Shown: positions 14,067-23,946 of the stretch, one piece after another
How positions within the stretch are numbered: position 1 is the stretch's first letter
Layout: every line of letters begins with the position of its first letter
NCBI GenBank assembly: GCA_964457305.1
Contig: CAYWEH010000003.1
Coordinates: forward strand, 13,908 to 56,541
Length of the DNA: 42,634 nucleotides
Direction: 5' to 3'
Source: an uncultured Gammaproteobacteria bacterium
Lineage (GTDB): Bacteria; Patescibacteriota; Patescibacteriia; SBBC01; JACPUP01
Notes under the pieces: model-generated
What the model was told of the DNA's origin: nothing
The model's input: the letters and a program-made list of their open reading frames with translations, nothing else
Database searches by the model: none
Made by a program: the position numbers and the translations under genes

Positions 14067-16772
14067 ATGACTGTGCACACTGTTCCCTGGCATGCCCTAC
14101 CGATCCCTGACGTGGCGCGACGATTAGCCTCATCGCCGGATGGGTTATCGTGGACGATTGCCGAGCAGCAACTCGCGCTGAAGGGGCCCAATACCGTCGA
14201 ACACCAGCGGCGGGCAACGAGCTGGCGTTTGTTTGGCACCCAGCTCAAGAGCCCGCTCATCATCATCCTTTTGATTGCCGCGGGCATCGCCTACGCTATC
14301 GGCGAACACACCGACGGTCTGGTCATTGCGAGCATCGTAGTCTTCAACGCGTTCGTCGGGTTCTGGCAAGAGCGTCAGGCCGGGCGCGCCATGGATCGGC
14401 TGCGGTCGCTGACGCCCCAGGAAGTCGCGGTCATTCGCGACGGTCGGGAACATCGGATCGCGAGTGAGCGGCTTGTGCCGGGTGACGTCATTATCCTCGA
14501 GACCGGTGTCGTCCTCCCGGCCGATGGTCGGCTGATCGAAACGGTGAACCTGAAGGTGAACGAAGCGGTTTTTACCGGGGAGTCGGTGGCGGCGGAGAAG
14601 ACCTCGACCGTTTTTCCCGAGTCCACCGCGCTGGCTGACCAGCACGACATGGCCTGGCGCGGGACGACGGTGGTCTATGGTCGGGGACGGCTGCTCGTGA
14701 CCGAAACCGGTATGGCCACGCGGATCGGGGAAATAGTCCGCGCGGTCGGAGCGGCGAAGCGGGAGGCGACGCCGTTCCAAAAGAGCTTGAGCACCTTTTC
14801 TCGGCGGTTGACCGGGGTCATTTTCATTTTTGCTTTGGTCGTTTTCCTGGCTGGATTGGCTCGGGCACTGCCGATGGAAACCGTCTTTCTCCTGTCGGTG
14901 AGCTTGGTGGTGTCGCTCATTCCCGAGGGATTGCCGGTCGTCATTACGTTAACCCTGGCCACCGGGATGTGGCAGATGGCCAAGCGCCAAGCCCTCATCC
15001 GAAAACTCACCGCGGTCGAATCGCTCGGCTCCGTGACGACCATCGCGGCCGACAAGACCGGGACGTTGACCTTCGGCGAAATGATGGTTGAGCAGCTGGC
15101 AGTCGCTGACCTAGTCGTCAGCGTCACCGGCGAGGGCTACTCGATCCGCGGTGACTTCTTCGTCGGCCAGCAGCCGGTTGATCCGACCTCCATTCCGGAA
15201 CTGGTCCTGGCGCTCAAAGTGGCGGCGTTGTGCAATGATTCCCGTTTCGCGGAAACGATGGACGGGAAGCCCAGTCCGGTCGGCGACCCGACGGAGATTG
15301 CCCTCCTCGTCCTGGCCGAGAAAGCCGGTTTCCAGCATCGCAAGCTCTTGGCGGCGATGCCGCGGGTCGGCGAGTTCCCCTTCGATTTCAATGTCCGGTA
15401 CATGGTGACTTTTCATTCGCTGGACGGCGGTCGGCGGCAGTTCGTCGCCGTCAAGGGTGCGCCGCGCCAGATTCTTGACCTCTGCGACAAGGTCGCGCTG
15501 CACGGACAACACCACCCTTTCCGGCCGGAAGCGAAGGCCCGTGTGCGCGAGCAGTTTGAACGCATGGCCCAGGACGGTTTGCGGGGTCTCGCACTGGCCT
15601 ACGCGGAAACAACGGATGATTGGCGATCGCTGGCCAGCCACCACCTGAAGGGGAAGTTGACGTATCTGGGACTGTGTGCCCTCCGCGATACCATTCGGTC
15701 TGAAGCGCGGGAAACGCTGGCCATTGCGGAGCAGGCGGGTATTCGCGTGCTCATGCTCACCGGGGATTATCGGGTGACGGCCGAAGCCGTCGCGCGCGAA
15801 ATTGGGTTACTCGAGCCTCATCACCCGCTGGCGGTGCTCGATGGGAAGGAATTGGACGGGATATCCGCCGAAACGCTCCGCCAGCGTTTGCCGCATTTGC
15901 GCGTCGCCAGTCGCGTCTCCCCGGAACAGAAGTTGCGGATCGCCCGCGCGTTCGTTGACCAGGGGAAGGTCATCGCCATGACCGGTGATGGGATCAACGA
16001 CGTCCCCGCCCTCTCCGTCGCGACCGTCGGCATCGCCATTGGGTCGGGCGCGACCGACGCCGCGAAAGATGCGGCCGACATGATTGTGACTGACGGTCGC
16101 TTGTCTTCGATTGTCGCGGCCATCCGGGAAGGACGGACCATCTACCGAAACATCCAGCGGACGTTGCTGTATCTTCTGGCCTCGAATTTTGCCGAACTTA
16201 TCGTTATTATTGTCGCTCTTTTTGCCGGGTTGCCGCTCCCCCTTCTTCCGACACAGATTATCTGGTTGAATGCGATTACCGACCCCTTCATGGGAATCGC
16301 CTTGGCGCAAGAACCAGGGAAAGCGACGGTGTTGCAAGAGCCGCCGCGCCCGGTCCAGCAGCCGATCGTCAACCGCGGCCAGTGGCTGCGTATTGGCTGG
16401 ATTGCCTTTACCATAGCCCTGGGCACGTTCCTGGTTTTTCTCCGGGAGCTCCAACAGGGAGCATCGCAAGCGCATCTGTACGCCATGACGCTTACCACGA
16501 TGGCCTTCGGCGAGTGGTTCTCGGCTTTTGTCTTCCGCTCCAGTCGGCGTTCATTCCTCTCGCTTTTCTGGACGAACCGGCTGCTCTGGCCCGCCTTGGC
16601 CTTGGTCCTGACTATGCAAGTGGGGATCCTGTACGTTCCGGCCTTGGCCGCCGTCTTCCACGTTGCGCCGTTGACTGCTTTCGACTGGCTGATCGCGTTC
16701 CTGGGCGGTTTGCCGGTACTCATTTTCGAAGAGATCCGAAAAGCGCTTGTTCGACTTCGGCCAACCACATGA
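14067..16772 (+). CDS. Cation-transporting P-type ATPase (type II, Ca2+/Mg2+-like)
   Basis: 901 aa with DKTGTLT phosphorylation site, PEGLP, TGDGINDVPAL, and 10-TM architecture. Confidence 0.9.
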   Translation: MTVHTVPWHALPIPDVARRLASSPDGLSWTIAEQQLALKGPNTVEHQRRATSWRLFGTQLKSPLIIILLIAAGIAYAIGEHTDGLVIASIVVFNAFVGFWQERQAGRAMDRLRSLTPQEVAVIRDGREHRIASERLVPGDVIILETGVVLPADGRLIETVNLKVNEAVFTGESVAAEKTSTVFPESTALADQHDMAWRGTTVVYGRGRLLVTETGMATRIGEIVRAVGAAKREATPFQKSLSTFSRRLTGVIFIFALVVFLAGLARALPMETVFLLSVSLVVSLIPEGLPVVITLTLATGMWQMAKRQALIRKLTAVESLGSVTTIAADKTGTLTFGEMMVEQLAVADLVVSVTGEGYSIRGDFFVGQQPVDPTSIPELVLALKVAALCNDSRFAETMDGKPSPVGDPTEIALLVLAEKAGFQHRKLLAAMPRVGEFPFDFNVRYMVTFHSLDGGRRQFVAVKGAPRQILDLCDKVALHGQHHPFRPEAKARVREQFERMAQDGLRGLALAYAETTDDWRSLASHHLKGKLTYLGLCALRDTIRSEARETLAIAEQAGIRVLMLTGDYRVTAEAVAREIGLLEPHHPLAVLDGKELDGISAETLRQRLPHLRVASRVSPEQKLRIARAFVDQGKVIAMTGDGINDVPALSVATVGIAIGSGATDAAKDAADMIVTDGRLSSIVAAIREGRTIYRNIQRTLLYLLASNFAELIVIIVALFAGLPLPLLPTQIIWLNAITDPFMGIALAQEPGKATVLQEPPRPVQQPIVNRGQWLRIGWIAFTIALGTFLVFLRELQQGASQAHLYAMTLTTMAFGEWFSAFVFRSSRRSFLSLFWTNRLLWPALALVLTMQVGILYVPALAAVFHVAPLTAFDWLIAFLGGLPVLIFEEIRKALVRLRPTT

Positions 16773-17368
16773 TTCGTTTACTCCCTCGCCCCATTCTTCC
16801 CCTGCAAGTCGTTTTGCTTTTTATCGAGCTGGGGACGCGGTATGATTCCCTTATCCGACAGGGTGCGTTGGCGCTGACGAACATCCTCGGCACCGCGTTG
16901 TTGGTCCTGGTGGCTCGGCGTTTCGCGCGGTCTGGTCAACCATTGCCGTGGGTCGTCAGTTGGTTGGCAGTGGCGGGGATCTGGTTCGACGCCGCCGGAA
17001 ATTTTGCCGGTCTGTACGGCGCCATTGTCTGGTGGGACAAACTGGCCCATGTCGTCGGTACCGCGGCCGTGGCCGGGGGCCTATGGTTGGTGATCCGAGC
17101 CTATGCCCAAAGGCGCGGTGGACAGTGGGGTGATGCGTTCCTTGGTCTCACCGCGGTGAGTCTGACCGTGCTCCTTTCGGTGGTCTACGAGATTACCGAA
17201 TATCTTGGCGACTTGGTGGTTGCGACGCGCCGCGTGACCGACCTCTTTGATACCGCCGACGATCTCCTCTGGAATCTCATGGCCGCAGTGGTCGTGATTG
17301 TCCTGTTCAGTTGGCGGTATCGCCAGCGCACTGGCATTGACCAAGATCCGTCATCGCCGGTACAATAG
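16769..17368 (+). CDS. Integral membrane protein, YjdF/DUF2238-like
   Basis: The start MIRLLPRP... at 16769 makes an ATGA overlap with the ATPase stop. WDKLAHVVG, VVYEITEYLGD and FDTADDLLWNL resemble DUF2238 motifs. Confidence 0.5.
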   Translation: MIRLLPRPILPLQVVLLFIELGTRYDSLIRQGALALTNILGTALLVLVARRFARSGQPLPWVVSWLAVAGIWFDAAGNFAGLYGAIVWWDKLAHVVGTAAVAGGLWLVIRAYAQRRGGQWGDAFLGLTAVSLTVLLSVVYEITEYLGDLVVATRRVTDLFDTADDLLWNLMAAVVVIVLFSWRYRQRTGIDQDPSSPVQ

Positions 17369-17404
17369 CCCTACCCCCGTTGTTTTCTGGCCGGGATATC
17401 GCAC

Positions 17405-18700
17405 GTGGTTATGTCGGATCGTCTCACCATCGGATCACTCTACGCCGCCACTGACGGAACCATCGAGGGCTGGATTGCCAATGTCCGGTCGTCGGGCTCA
17501 ATTGTTTTTCTGCAGGTGCGTGACGGCACCGGAGTTTTGCAGGCCGTGGTCGCGAAGGATGCGGTTTCGGCAGCGGTGTTTACGGCAGCGAGCCAACTCA
17601 CGGTTGAGTCCTCGGTCCGTCTGGCCGGAGAGATTGCATCAGAACCGCGGAGTCCGTCGGGCTGGGAGATGAAAGTCAAGGCACTCGAGGTTGTCCAGCT
17701 GGCTGCCCCGTATCCCATTGGCAAGAAAGAGCATGGTCCTGATTTTCTGTTGGAAAACCGTCACCTCTGGATCCGTTCACCTCGTCAGACCGCGATTCTT
17801 CGGGTCCGCGACGAGATCGCGTTGGGACTGCGTGAATGGCTGCACGAACATGATTTTGTCCTGACTGATTCCCCGGTTCTGACGCCGACCGCGGCCGAGG
17901 GGACGACGACGCTGTTCAAAACGGATTACTTCGGCGAGCCGGCCTATCTGGCCCAGACCGGACAACTGTACATTGAGGCGACGGCCATGGCCTTGGGCCG
18001 TGTCTACGATTTCGGGCCGACGTTCCGCGCCGAAAAGTCAAAAACGCGCCGGCACCTCATCGAGTTCTGGATGCTCGACGCCGAAGCCGCCTTCGTTGAT
18101 TTCGATGGGAGTTTAAAGATCCAAGAAGCGCTCATCAGCGCGGTGGTCGCCCAGGTGGTGAAGAACCAGGCAGCGTCACTGGAATTACTCGAGCGTGATG
18201 TCGAGAGTCTGAAGCAGGTCGTCCCGCCGTTCCCGCGCCTGACGTACGATGAGGCCCTCAAACGTCTGGACGACGCGGGAAAAAAAATTGCCTGGGGTGA
18301 AGACCTCGGAGCGAACGAGGAAGAGGTCCTCTCCAAGCAGTTCGTCCAGCCCGTGTTCATCACGCACTACCCGGCGGGCATCAAGGCCTTTTACATGAAG
18401 CCCGACCCCGAGAACCCGAAGCTCGTTCTCAATGCCGACCTGTTGGCCCCCGACGGCTACGGCGAGATCAGTGGCGGTTCGGAGCGCATTGATGACTATG
18501 CGCTGCTTAAACAGCGGCTCAGAGAATGGAAGCTCTCCGAAAAGGATTACGGGTGGTATCTGGATTTACGGAAGTACGGCTCGGTCCCGCACGCTGGCTT
18601 CGGGGTCGGGTTAGAGCGCCTGGTGCGCTGGATCTGCGGACTCGAGCATATCCGTGAAACGATACCGTTCCCCCGTTTGTTGAATCGCTTACGACCATGA
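17405..18700 (+). CDS. asnS: Asparaginyl-tRNA synthetase (class IIb)
   Basis: FGPTFRAEKSKTRRHLIEFWMLDAEAAF (motif 2) and GFGVGLERLV (motif 3). Start is GTG at 17405 or ATG at 17411. Confidence 0.8.
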   Translation: MVMSDRLTIGSLYAATDGTIEGWIANVRSSGSIVFLQVRDGTGVLQAVVAKDAVSAAVFTAASQLTVESSVRLAGEIASEPRSPSGWEMKVKALEVVQLAAPYPIGKKEHGPDFLLENRHLWIRSPRQTAILRVRDEIALGLREWLHEHDFVLTDSPVLTPTAAEGTTTLFKTDYFGEPAYLAQTGQLYIEATAMALGRVYDFGPTFRAEKSKTRRHLIEFWMLDAEAAFVDFDGSLKIQEALISAVVAQVVKNQAASLELLERDVESLKQVVPPFPRLTYDEALKRLDDAGKKIAWGEDLGANEEEVLSKQFVQPVFITHYPAGIKAFYMKPDPENPKLVLNADLLAPDGYGEISGGSERIDDYALLKQRLREWKLSEKDYGWYLDLRKYGSVPHAGFGVGLERLVRWICGLEHIRETIPFPRLLNRLRP

Positions 18701-20094
18701 TGCGAACCCGGGCGGCCGACACGACCACGAAAATCGGGGAGCCGGTGCTCCTGCAGGGTTGGGTGCACATCCGGCGGGATATGGGGAAAATTATTTTCCT
18801 CGACCTGCGCGATGCCTCCGGCTTGGTGCAAGTCGTTCTGGCGCCAGATCATCCTGACGCCCACGCCGCCGCAGAGAACGTGCGCGCCGAGTATGTGGTG
18901 GAAATCACGGGCACGGTGGTGGGACGAAAAAAACCGAATCCAAACCTGCCGACCGGTTCGGTTGAGGTCGTGGCCGAGACCTTCACCGTGCTCAACGAAG
19001 CCGAGACGCCGCCATTTGAACTCACTGACGATACCCGTGACGTCAAGGAGGAATTGCGTTTGACACATCGCTACCTCGACCTGCGGACGGCCCGGCTGCA
19101 AAAGAATCTTCGCCACCGCGCGACGATCGCGAACTTCTGCCGACGCTGGCTGGATGGCCGCGGATTTGTCGAAGTGGAAACACCGGTCCTGACGAAAGGG
19201 ACGCCGGAGGGCGCGCGCGAGTACATCATCCCCTCGCGATTGTACCCCGGCCAGTTCTACGTTTTGCCGCAGGCGCCGCAGCAGTTCAAGCAGCTGCTTA
19301 TGATGTCGGGGATCGAAAAGTACTATCAGTTTGCCAGGTGCTTTCGCGATGAGGACGAGCGCGGCGACCGTCAGCCCGAGCACACGCAACTCGATATGGA
19401 AATGTCTTTCGTTACCCAAGAAGACATTTGGCAAACGATCGAAGGGCTGTTCACCGCCATGCTGACCGCGCTCTATCCGAACAAACGGGTGGCGACGTCG
19501 CCCTGGCCGCGGCTCACCTACGACGAAGCGATGACGAAATTCCAATCGGATAAACCTGATCTGCGCGTCAACCCGAACGATCCGGACGAGCTGGCGTTCG
19601 TCTGGATCACCGATTTTCCCGCGTTCGTGAAAGACGACACGGGGCGTCTCACCTTTGCCCACAACCCGTTTACCCGGCCACACGACGAGGATCTCCCGTG
19701 GCTGGAAACGAATCCTTTGCAGGTGCGAAGCTACCAGTACGACTTGGTGCTCAACGGGACGGAAATCGCTTCCGGCAGCATCCGGAACCATCGTCCCGAA
19801 CTCCAAGAGAAAATTTTTCAACTCCTTGGACACACAAGCGCGGAAATCGAAGCTCAGTTCGGCCATTTTCTCCGCGCGCTTCGCTATGGGACGCCGCCGC
19901 ATGGGGGTATTGCGCCGGGGTTAGACCGACTCGTGATGATTTTGGAAAACGAGCCGAACATCCGCGAGGTGATTGCCTTTCCCAAAACGACTGATGGGAA
20001 GGACTTGATGATGGGTGCCCCGAGCGAGCTGCCAAGCGAGCAGCTTGAGACGGTACACATCGCGTTTCAGAAACGAAAAGCCAAAGGGAAATAG
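18697..20094 (+). CDS. aspS: Aspartyl-tRNA synthetase, bacterial type but lacking the GAD insertion domain
   Basis: FRDEDERGDRQPEHTQLDMEMSF and GIAPGLDRLVM motifs. Only 465 aa. ATGA overlap with asnS. Confidence 0.9.
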   Translation: MMRTRAADTTTKIGEPVLLQGWVHIRRDMGKIIFLDLRDASGLVQVVLAPDHPDAHAAAENVRAEYVVEITGTVVGRKKPNPNLPTGSVEVVAETFTVLNEAETPPFELTDDTRDVKEELRLTHRYLDLRTARLQKNLRHRATIANFCRRWLDGRGFVEVETPVLTKGTPEGAREYIIPSRLYPGQFYVLPQAPQQFKQLLMMSGIEKYYQFARCFRDEDERGDRQPEHTQLDMEMSFVTQEDIWQTIEGLFTAMLTALYPNKRVATSPWPRLTYDEAMTKFQSDKPDLRVNPNDPDELAFVWITDFPAFVKDDTGRLTFAHNPFTRPHDEDLPWLETNPLQVRSYQYDLVLNGTEIASGSIRNHRPELQEKIFQLLGHTSAEIEAQFGHFLRALRYGTPPHGGIAPGLDRLVMILENEPNIREVIAFPKTTDGKDLMMGAPSELPSEQLETVHIAFQKRKAKGK

Positions 20095-20137
20095 CCCTTC
20101 CCACCGAACGATTTTTATGGTATAGTGAGGGCGTGGT

Positions 20138-20452
20138 ATGACGCTCTCGCGGCTTCAGCGATTCATCCTGACGGACCTTCTAAACCATCGTCTGGAGCGT
20201 TCCCCACGCCGTCAGCTCAACAGTTTTTACAAACGACGGGCGGCGCCCAAGGATATCGAGAGCGTCATCACGAAATCGCTCGAGCGATTAATTGATAAAG
20301 AGTTGTTGGTCGGCTATGGGCGGCGCACGCCGCACAAGTGGTTCATCGACGAGGTGCGCTTGACGGCCGCTGGCCGTCGTCTGGCGCGGCGTCTCCTCGG
20401 CGAGCAGCAACAGTTCTCCTTTCCGTCCCCCAAGAAGAAAAAGGTTCTATGA
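20138..20452 (+). CDS. Small winged-helix-like DNA-binding protein (hypothetical)
   Basis: 104 aa, basic, with LQRFILTDLL...ITKSLERLIDKELLVGYGRR. An extended -10 (TGGTATAGT, 20118-20126) lies 11 nt upstream of the ATG. Confidence 0.55.
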   Translation: MTLSRLQRFILTDLLNHRLERSPRRQLNSFYKRRAAPKDIESVITKSLERLIDKELLVGYGRRTPHKWFIDEVRLTAAGRRLARRLLGEQQQFSFPSPKKKKVL

Positions 20453-20967
20453 GCATTCCCGCGAAACTCACGGCGTATCTCAAGGCGCGGAAACTGCCGT
20501 TCCAGGTGGTGGAGCATAAGACGGTGTTCACTGCCTATGACTTGGCGCAAACGCTGAAGGTGAAGTTGAACGAGATTGCCAAGACGCTGTTGCTTAAGGT
20601 CCGCGATCCAAAGCCGGCGAGCGATGACCCGAAACTCCAGCCAGGAAGCCACCATTTTCTGGCGGTTGTGCCGGCGCATTTCCGTGTTGACTTGCAGAAG
20701 GTGAAAAAATTGCTCGGCGCCAAGCAGGTGTCCATCGCGTCCGAGAGTGAGATGACGAAAACGCTGAAGCAGAAGGCCGGTAGCCAGACCCCGTTCGGTT
20801 CGTTCCATAAGCTCCAGGTGGTCATGGACAAGACCCTTTTGAAAACATCCCAGGCACTGTTCGGCGCGGGTTCGTTTACCGAGTCCTTGCGGTTGAAGGT
20901 GAAGGACTACCACCGGGCGGAACGGCCGATCACCGGCGACATTGCCGAAAAAAAGAAAAAGCGTTAA
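20449..20967 (+). CDS. YbaK/ProX-type aminoacyl-tRNA deacylase domain protein
   Basis: The start MSIPAKLTAYL... at 20449 makes an ATGA overlap with the upstream gene. ...AVVPAHFRVDLQKVKKLLGAK...GSQTPFG... fits the YbaK fold pattern. Confidence 0.7.
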   Translation: MSIPAKLTAYLKARKLPFQVVEHKTVFTAYDLAQTLKVKLNEIAKTLLLKVRDPKPASDDPKLQPGSHHFLAVVPAHFRVDLQKVKKLLGAKQVSIASESEMTKTLKQKAGSQTPFGSFHKLQVVMDKTLLKTSQALFGAGSFTESLRLKVKDYHRAERPITGDIAEKKKKR

Positions 20968-20977
20968 TCATTCGTCA

Positions 20978-21691
20978 GTGTTCAAGACAAAAATCGAAAC
21001 ATTTGAGGGACCGTTAGATCTCCTCCTCGAGCTCATTGAGGCCGAGCAGCTTGATATTACAGAAATCTCACTGGCCCGGGTAGCCGAGCAGTTTATCGTC
21101 GCCCTGCAGCAGGTCGAGCAGCGGAATCCGGAGGAACTAGCGGATTTTCTCGTGGTGGCGGCGAAGCTGATTCTCATCAAGTCGCGCGTGCTCTTGCCCT
21201 ACTTGCAGCTCGACGGGGAAGAAGACGGCCGCGACCTCGAGCGGCAGCTGAAGATGTACCGAGCGTACTTCGATGCGGCCAAGGTGCTCCGGAAGAAACT
21301 GCGCCAGCAACGGGTCCTCTACCCCCGACAGTACGTCTTGCCGGTGCCGGTGTTCATGCCACCTGTCGGACTGAAACCCGAAGCGCTGCCGGCCGTTTTC
21401 GCCAGCGTCTTGCAGCGCCTGGAACCGGTGATCCGGCTGCCGCGCGAGATCATCGTCCGGACGTTGAATTTGCAAGAGAAGATCCGGTCGATTCGTGACC
21501 GCGTCTTGGCCGAAACCACGATCAACTTCTCCCGGCTCGTCAACGAGTCGCGTTCAAAGGTTGATGTCATTGTTACCTTTCTGGCCCTACTCGAACTCGT
21601 CAAACAGCGGGTCATCGGCGTCGCGCAAGGCGGCATGTTTGAAGACATTGCCATTATTCGCGCGGACAGCGAAGCCGGGGAGCCGCTATGA
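20978..21691 (+). CDS. scpA: Segregation and condensation protein A
   Basis: FEGPLDLLLELIEAEQLDITEISLARVAEQF is the kleisin N-terminus. A GTG start at 20978 is preferred because track start 20942 would overlap the upstream gene. Confidence 0.85.
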   Translation: MFKTKIETFEGPLDLLLELIEAEQLDITEISLARVAEQFIVALQQVEQRNPEELADFLVVAAKLILIKSRVLLPYLQLDGEEDGRDLERQLKMYRAYFDAAKVLRKKLRQQRVLYPRQYVLPVPVFMPPVGLKPEALPAVFASVLQRLEPVIRLPREIIVRTLNLQEKIRSIRDRVLAETTINFSRLVNESRSKVDVIVTFLALLELVKQRVIGVAQGGMFEDIAIIRADSEAGEPL

Positions 21692-22281
21692 ATCTAAAGC
21701 GGGACATCGAAAGTCTTCTCTTCGTTGCCGCGAAACCGCTGACGCTGAAGAAAATCGCCGAGTTGACTGGTGGGCAGCCGGAGGCGGTAGCCGCGGCGGT
21801 TGGTGAACTCCGCCTCGAGTACAACCGCGATGAGAAAGGCGTCCAGATCCAGCAGCACGGCCAGCAGGTACAAATGGTCTCGAGTCCGCTGGCCGCGAAG
21901 GTCGTGGCCGCGTTTGTCAAAGACGAAGAGTCGGGCGAGTTGACCGATCCGGCCATCGAGACGCTGACCATCATCGCCTACCGCGGGCCGATGACCAAGA
22001 GCGAGCTCGATCAAATCCGCGGCGTCAACTGCAGCCTCATCCTCCGTCACCTCATGATGAAAGGGTTGGTCGAGGCCAGCGAGGACAGAGCCAAGATGAT
22101 GACCCGCTACAGCGTGACGCTTGATTTCCTCCGCTTCCTCGGCGTCCGTTCCGTTGATGAACTTCCTGACTACCGGCCGCTCCGCAACGATGAGAACCTC
22201 CGCCAGCTCCTGGCCGTTGAACCGACGGCCGCGACGCCGGTCGAACCCCCCGTGGCGGGGGAGACGGCGCGGGTCGAATAG
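21688..22281 (+). CDS. scpB: Segregation and condensation protein B
   Basis: IESLLFVAAKPLTLKKIAEL...TLTIIAYRGPMTKSELDQIRGV. ATGA overlap with scpA. Confidence 0.9.
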   Translation: MNLKRDIESLLFVAAKPLTLKKIAELTGGQPEAVAAAVGELRLEYNRDEKGVQIQQHGQQVQMVSSPLAAKVVAAFVKDEESGELTDPAIETLTIIAYRGPMTKSELDQIRGVNCSLILRHLMMKGLVEASEDRAKMMTRYSVTLDFLRFLGVRSVDELPDYRPLRNDENLRQLLAVEPTAATPVEPPVAGETARVE

Positions 22282-22326
22282 TGCTATGCTATCGTCGTGC
22301 CCAGGGCGGGCACTTCATTTCACCCC

Positions 22327-23049
22327 ATGGCCTTGCGCCTCGTCATCGGTAACTGGAAAATGCAACTCACGGTGCGTGAGGCTGTCCACTTGGCGCTGAC
22401 CTTGCGTCATTCTCGCTTGGCGTCGCAGGCGCGTTTGGTCCTGTGTCCCTCGTTCACCGCGTTGAGTGCGGTGTCGCGGGTCCTCCACGGTTCACCGATC
22501 GAGCTGGGCGCCCAAAATCTCGCCCCGGTCGCCAACGGGGCCATGACCGGAGAGGTCTCGGCGAGCGATCTGAAAATCCTCGGCTGTCGCTTTGTCATTG
22601 TTGGACATTCCGATCGGCGGGCGCTGGGGGAGACTGATGCGCAGATCCGTCAGAAGGTACGGCAGGCGCTGGCCAGCGGATTGACCCCGGTCCTGTGCGT
22701 GGGCGAACGACGCGCGGAGCGGCGACCGGGCCAGGCGCGGCCGGTCGTCCGAGGACAGGTGCAGTCTGCCGTGTCCGGTCTCCCGCCGGCGCAACGTCGC
22801 CGTGTGCGTATCACGTACGAACCCGTCTGGGCCATTTCCCCGGGCGGCCCCGTCACTCCGCCGCAGGCGTTTGCCATGGCGGAAGTGATTTGGCAGTCGC
22901 TCGGCGGCCAAGCGTCCCCGCTCATCTACGGCGGGAGCGTGACCCCCTCGAACATCAATGCTTTTTTGGACGGCACCCATTTTTCCGGCGTGCTCGTCGG
23001 CCAGGCGTCGCTCACGGCGCGTTCCCTCATTAGTCTCGTGAACGGGTAA
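22327..23049 (+). CDS. tpiA: Triosephosphate isomerase
   Basis: The start MALRLVIGNWKM and the catalytic contexts NWKM, GHSDRR and YEPVWAI are present. Confidence 0.9.
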   Translation: MALRLVIGNWKMQLTVREAVHLALTLRHSRLASQARLVLCPSFTALSAVSRVLHGSPIELGAQNLAPVANGAMTGEVSASDLKILGCRFVIVGHSDRRALGETDAQIRQKVRQALASGLTPVLCVGERRAERRPGQARPVVRGQVQSAVSGLPPAQRRRVRITYEPVWAISPGGPVTPPQAFAMAEVIWQSLGGQASPLIYGGSVTPSNINAFLDGTHFSGVLVGQASLTARSLISLVNG

Positions 23050-23055
23050 GGCTGT

Positions 23056-23946
23056 ATGCTCGTTTCGGTCCGCACCCTCCTCGAACACGCCGCCAAGCAC
23101 CAGTACGCGATTGGCGCGTTCAATACCGTGAATCTCGAGATGACCTTGGGGATCATCCGGGCCGCGGTTGATGTCCAGTCGCCGGTCATCATTCAGGTGA
23201 CGGAAACGACGATCGAGTACGCTGGCTTGAAGCCGATCACGCACATCGTCGAAACGATAGCGAAAAACTCGGCGGTGAACGTGCCGGTTGCCCTCCACCT
23301 CGATCACGGCAGCTCGTTCCGCTCGGTCGCCGAGTGTATTCACGGCGGGTTCACCTCGATTATGATCGATGCCTCTGACCTGCCGTACGACGAGAATGTC
23401 ATCTTGACGAAGCAGGCGGTTGATTACGCGCACAAGCGCGGTGTCCTGGCGCAGGGAGAAATTGGGCAGTGCAAGACCGCGGAGGAATATGCGGTCGCGC
23501 CCGATCGCGCTCGTTTCCTCACTGATCCGGCGCAGGTGGCCCCGTTCGTACGGGCAACGGATGTCGATACGCTGGCGATTGCCATCGGCAACGTGAACGG
23601 CATTTATAAGATGCAGCGGGGCGCGCCACCGCTCGACCTCGATCGCTTGAGCGCCATTCACGAGGCGGCCACCGATGTGCCACTGGTGCTCCACGGGGCG
23701 TCGGCGTTGGGCCGGGACCAGATCGAGGCGGCGATCGAACGGGGGATTAAGATCATCAACATCGTCACGGAACTTGAAGTCGCCTTCAGCGAGACCTTAC
23801 GGGCGACGCTCCGCGACCAGCGCGACGAGTTTGATCCGCGGGCGTTGCTCGAGCCCTCCATTGCGGCCGTGCAAGCGGTCGTCATGGAGAAGTTGAAACT
23901 CTTCGGGTCAGCCGAGAAAGCACGATTATTTCCAAGAATCGTATGA
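23056..23946 (+). CDS. fba: Class II fructose-bisphosphate aldolase
   Basis: YAIGAFN, LHLDHG and LVLHGASA motifs. Confidence 0.9.
   Translation: MLVSVRTLLEHAAKHQYAIGAFNTVNLEMTLGIIRAAVDVQSPVIIQVTETTIEYAGLKPITHIVETIAKNSAVNVPVALHLDHGSSFRSVAECIHGGFTSIMIDASDLPYDENVILTKQAVDYAHKRGVLAQGEIGQCKTAEEYAVAPDRARFLTDPAQVAPFVRATDVDTLAIAIGNVNGIYKMQRGAPPLDLDRLSAIHEAATDVPLVLHGASALGRDQIEAAIERGIKIINIVTELEVAFSETLRATLRDQRDEFDPRALLEPSIAAVQAVVMEKLKLFGSAEKARLFPRIV

Noticed and set aside
3441-17400. The efflux and ATPase region as a classic tRNA-integrated genomic island.
   Set aside because: There is no integrase. I found no direct repeat of the tRNA-Lys 3' end at the far side, around 13450-14066 or 17369-17404. The idea is kept only as a weak contextual remark.
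18547-19902. 451-aa ORF on the minus strand.
   Set aside because: It lies entirely antisense to the well-supported aspS gene. Its R/P/G-rich composition is typical of shadow ORFs in GC-rich DNA, and it has no recognisable motifs.
22492-23694. 400-aa ORF on the minus strand.
   Set aside because: It lies antisense to tpiA and fba, both of which have catalytic motifs intact. It is a shadow ORF.
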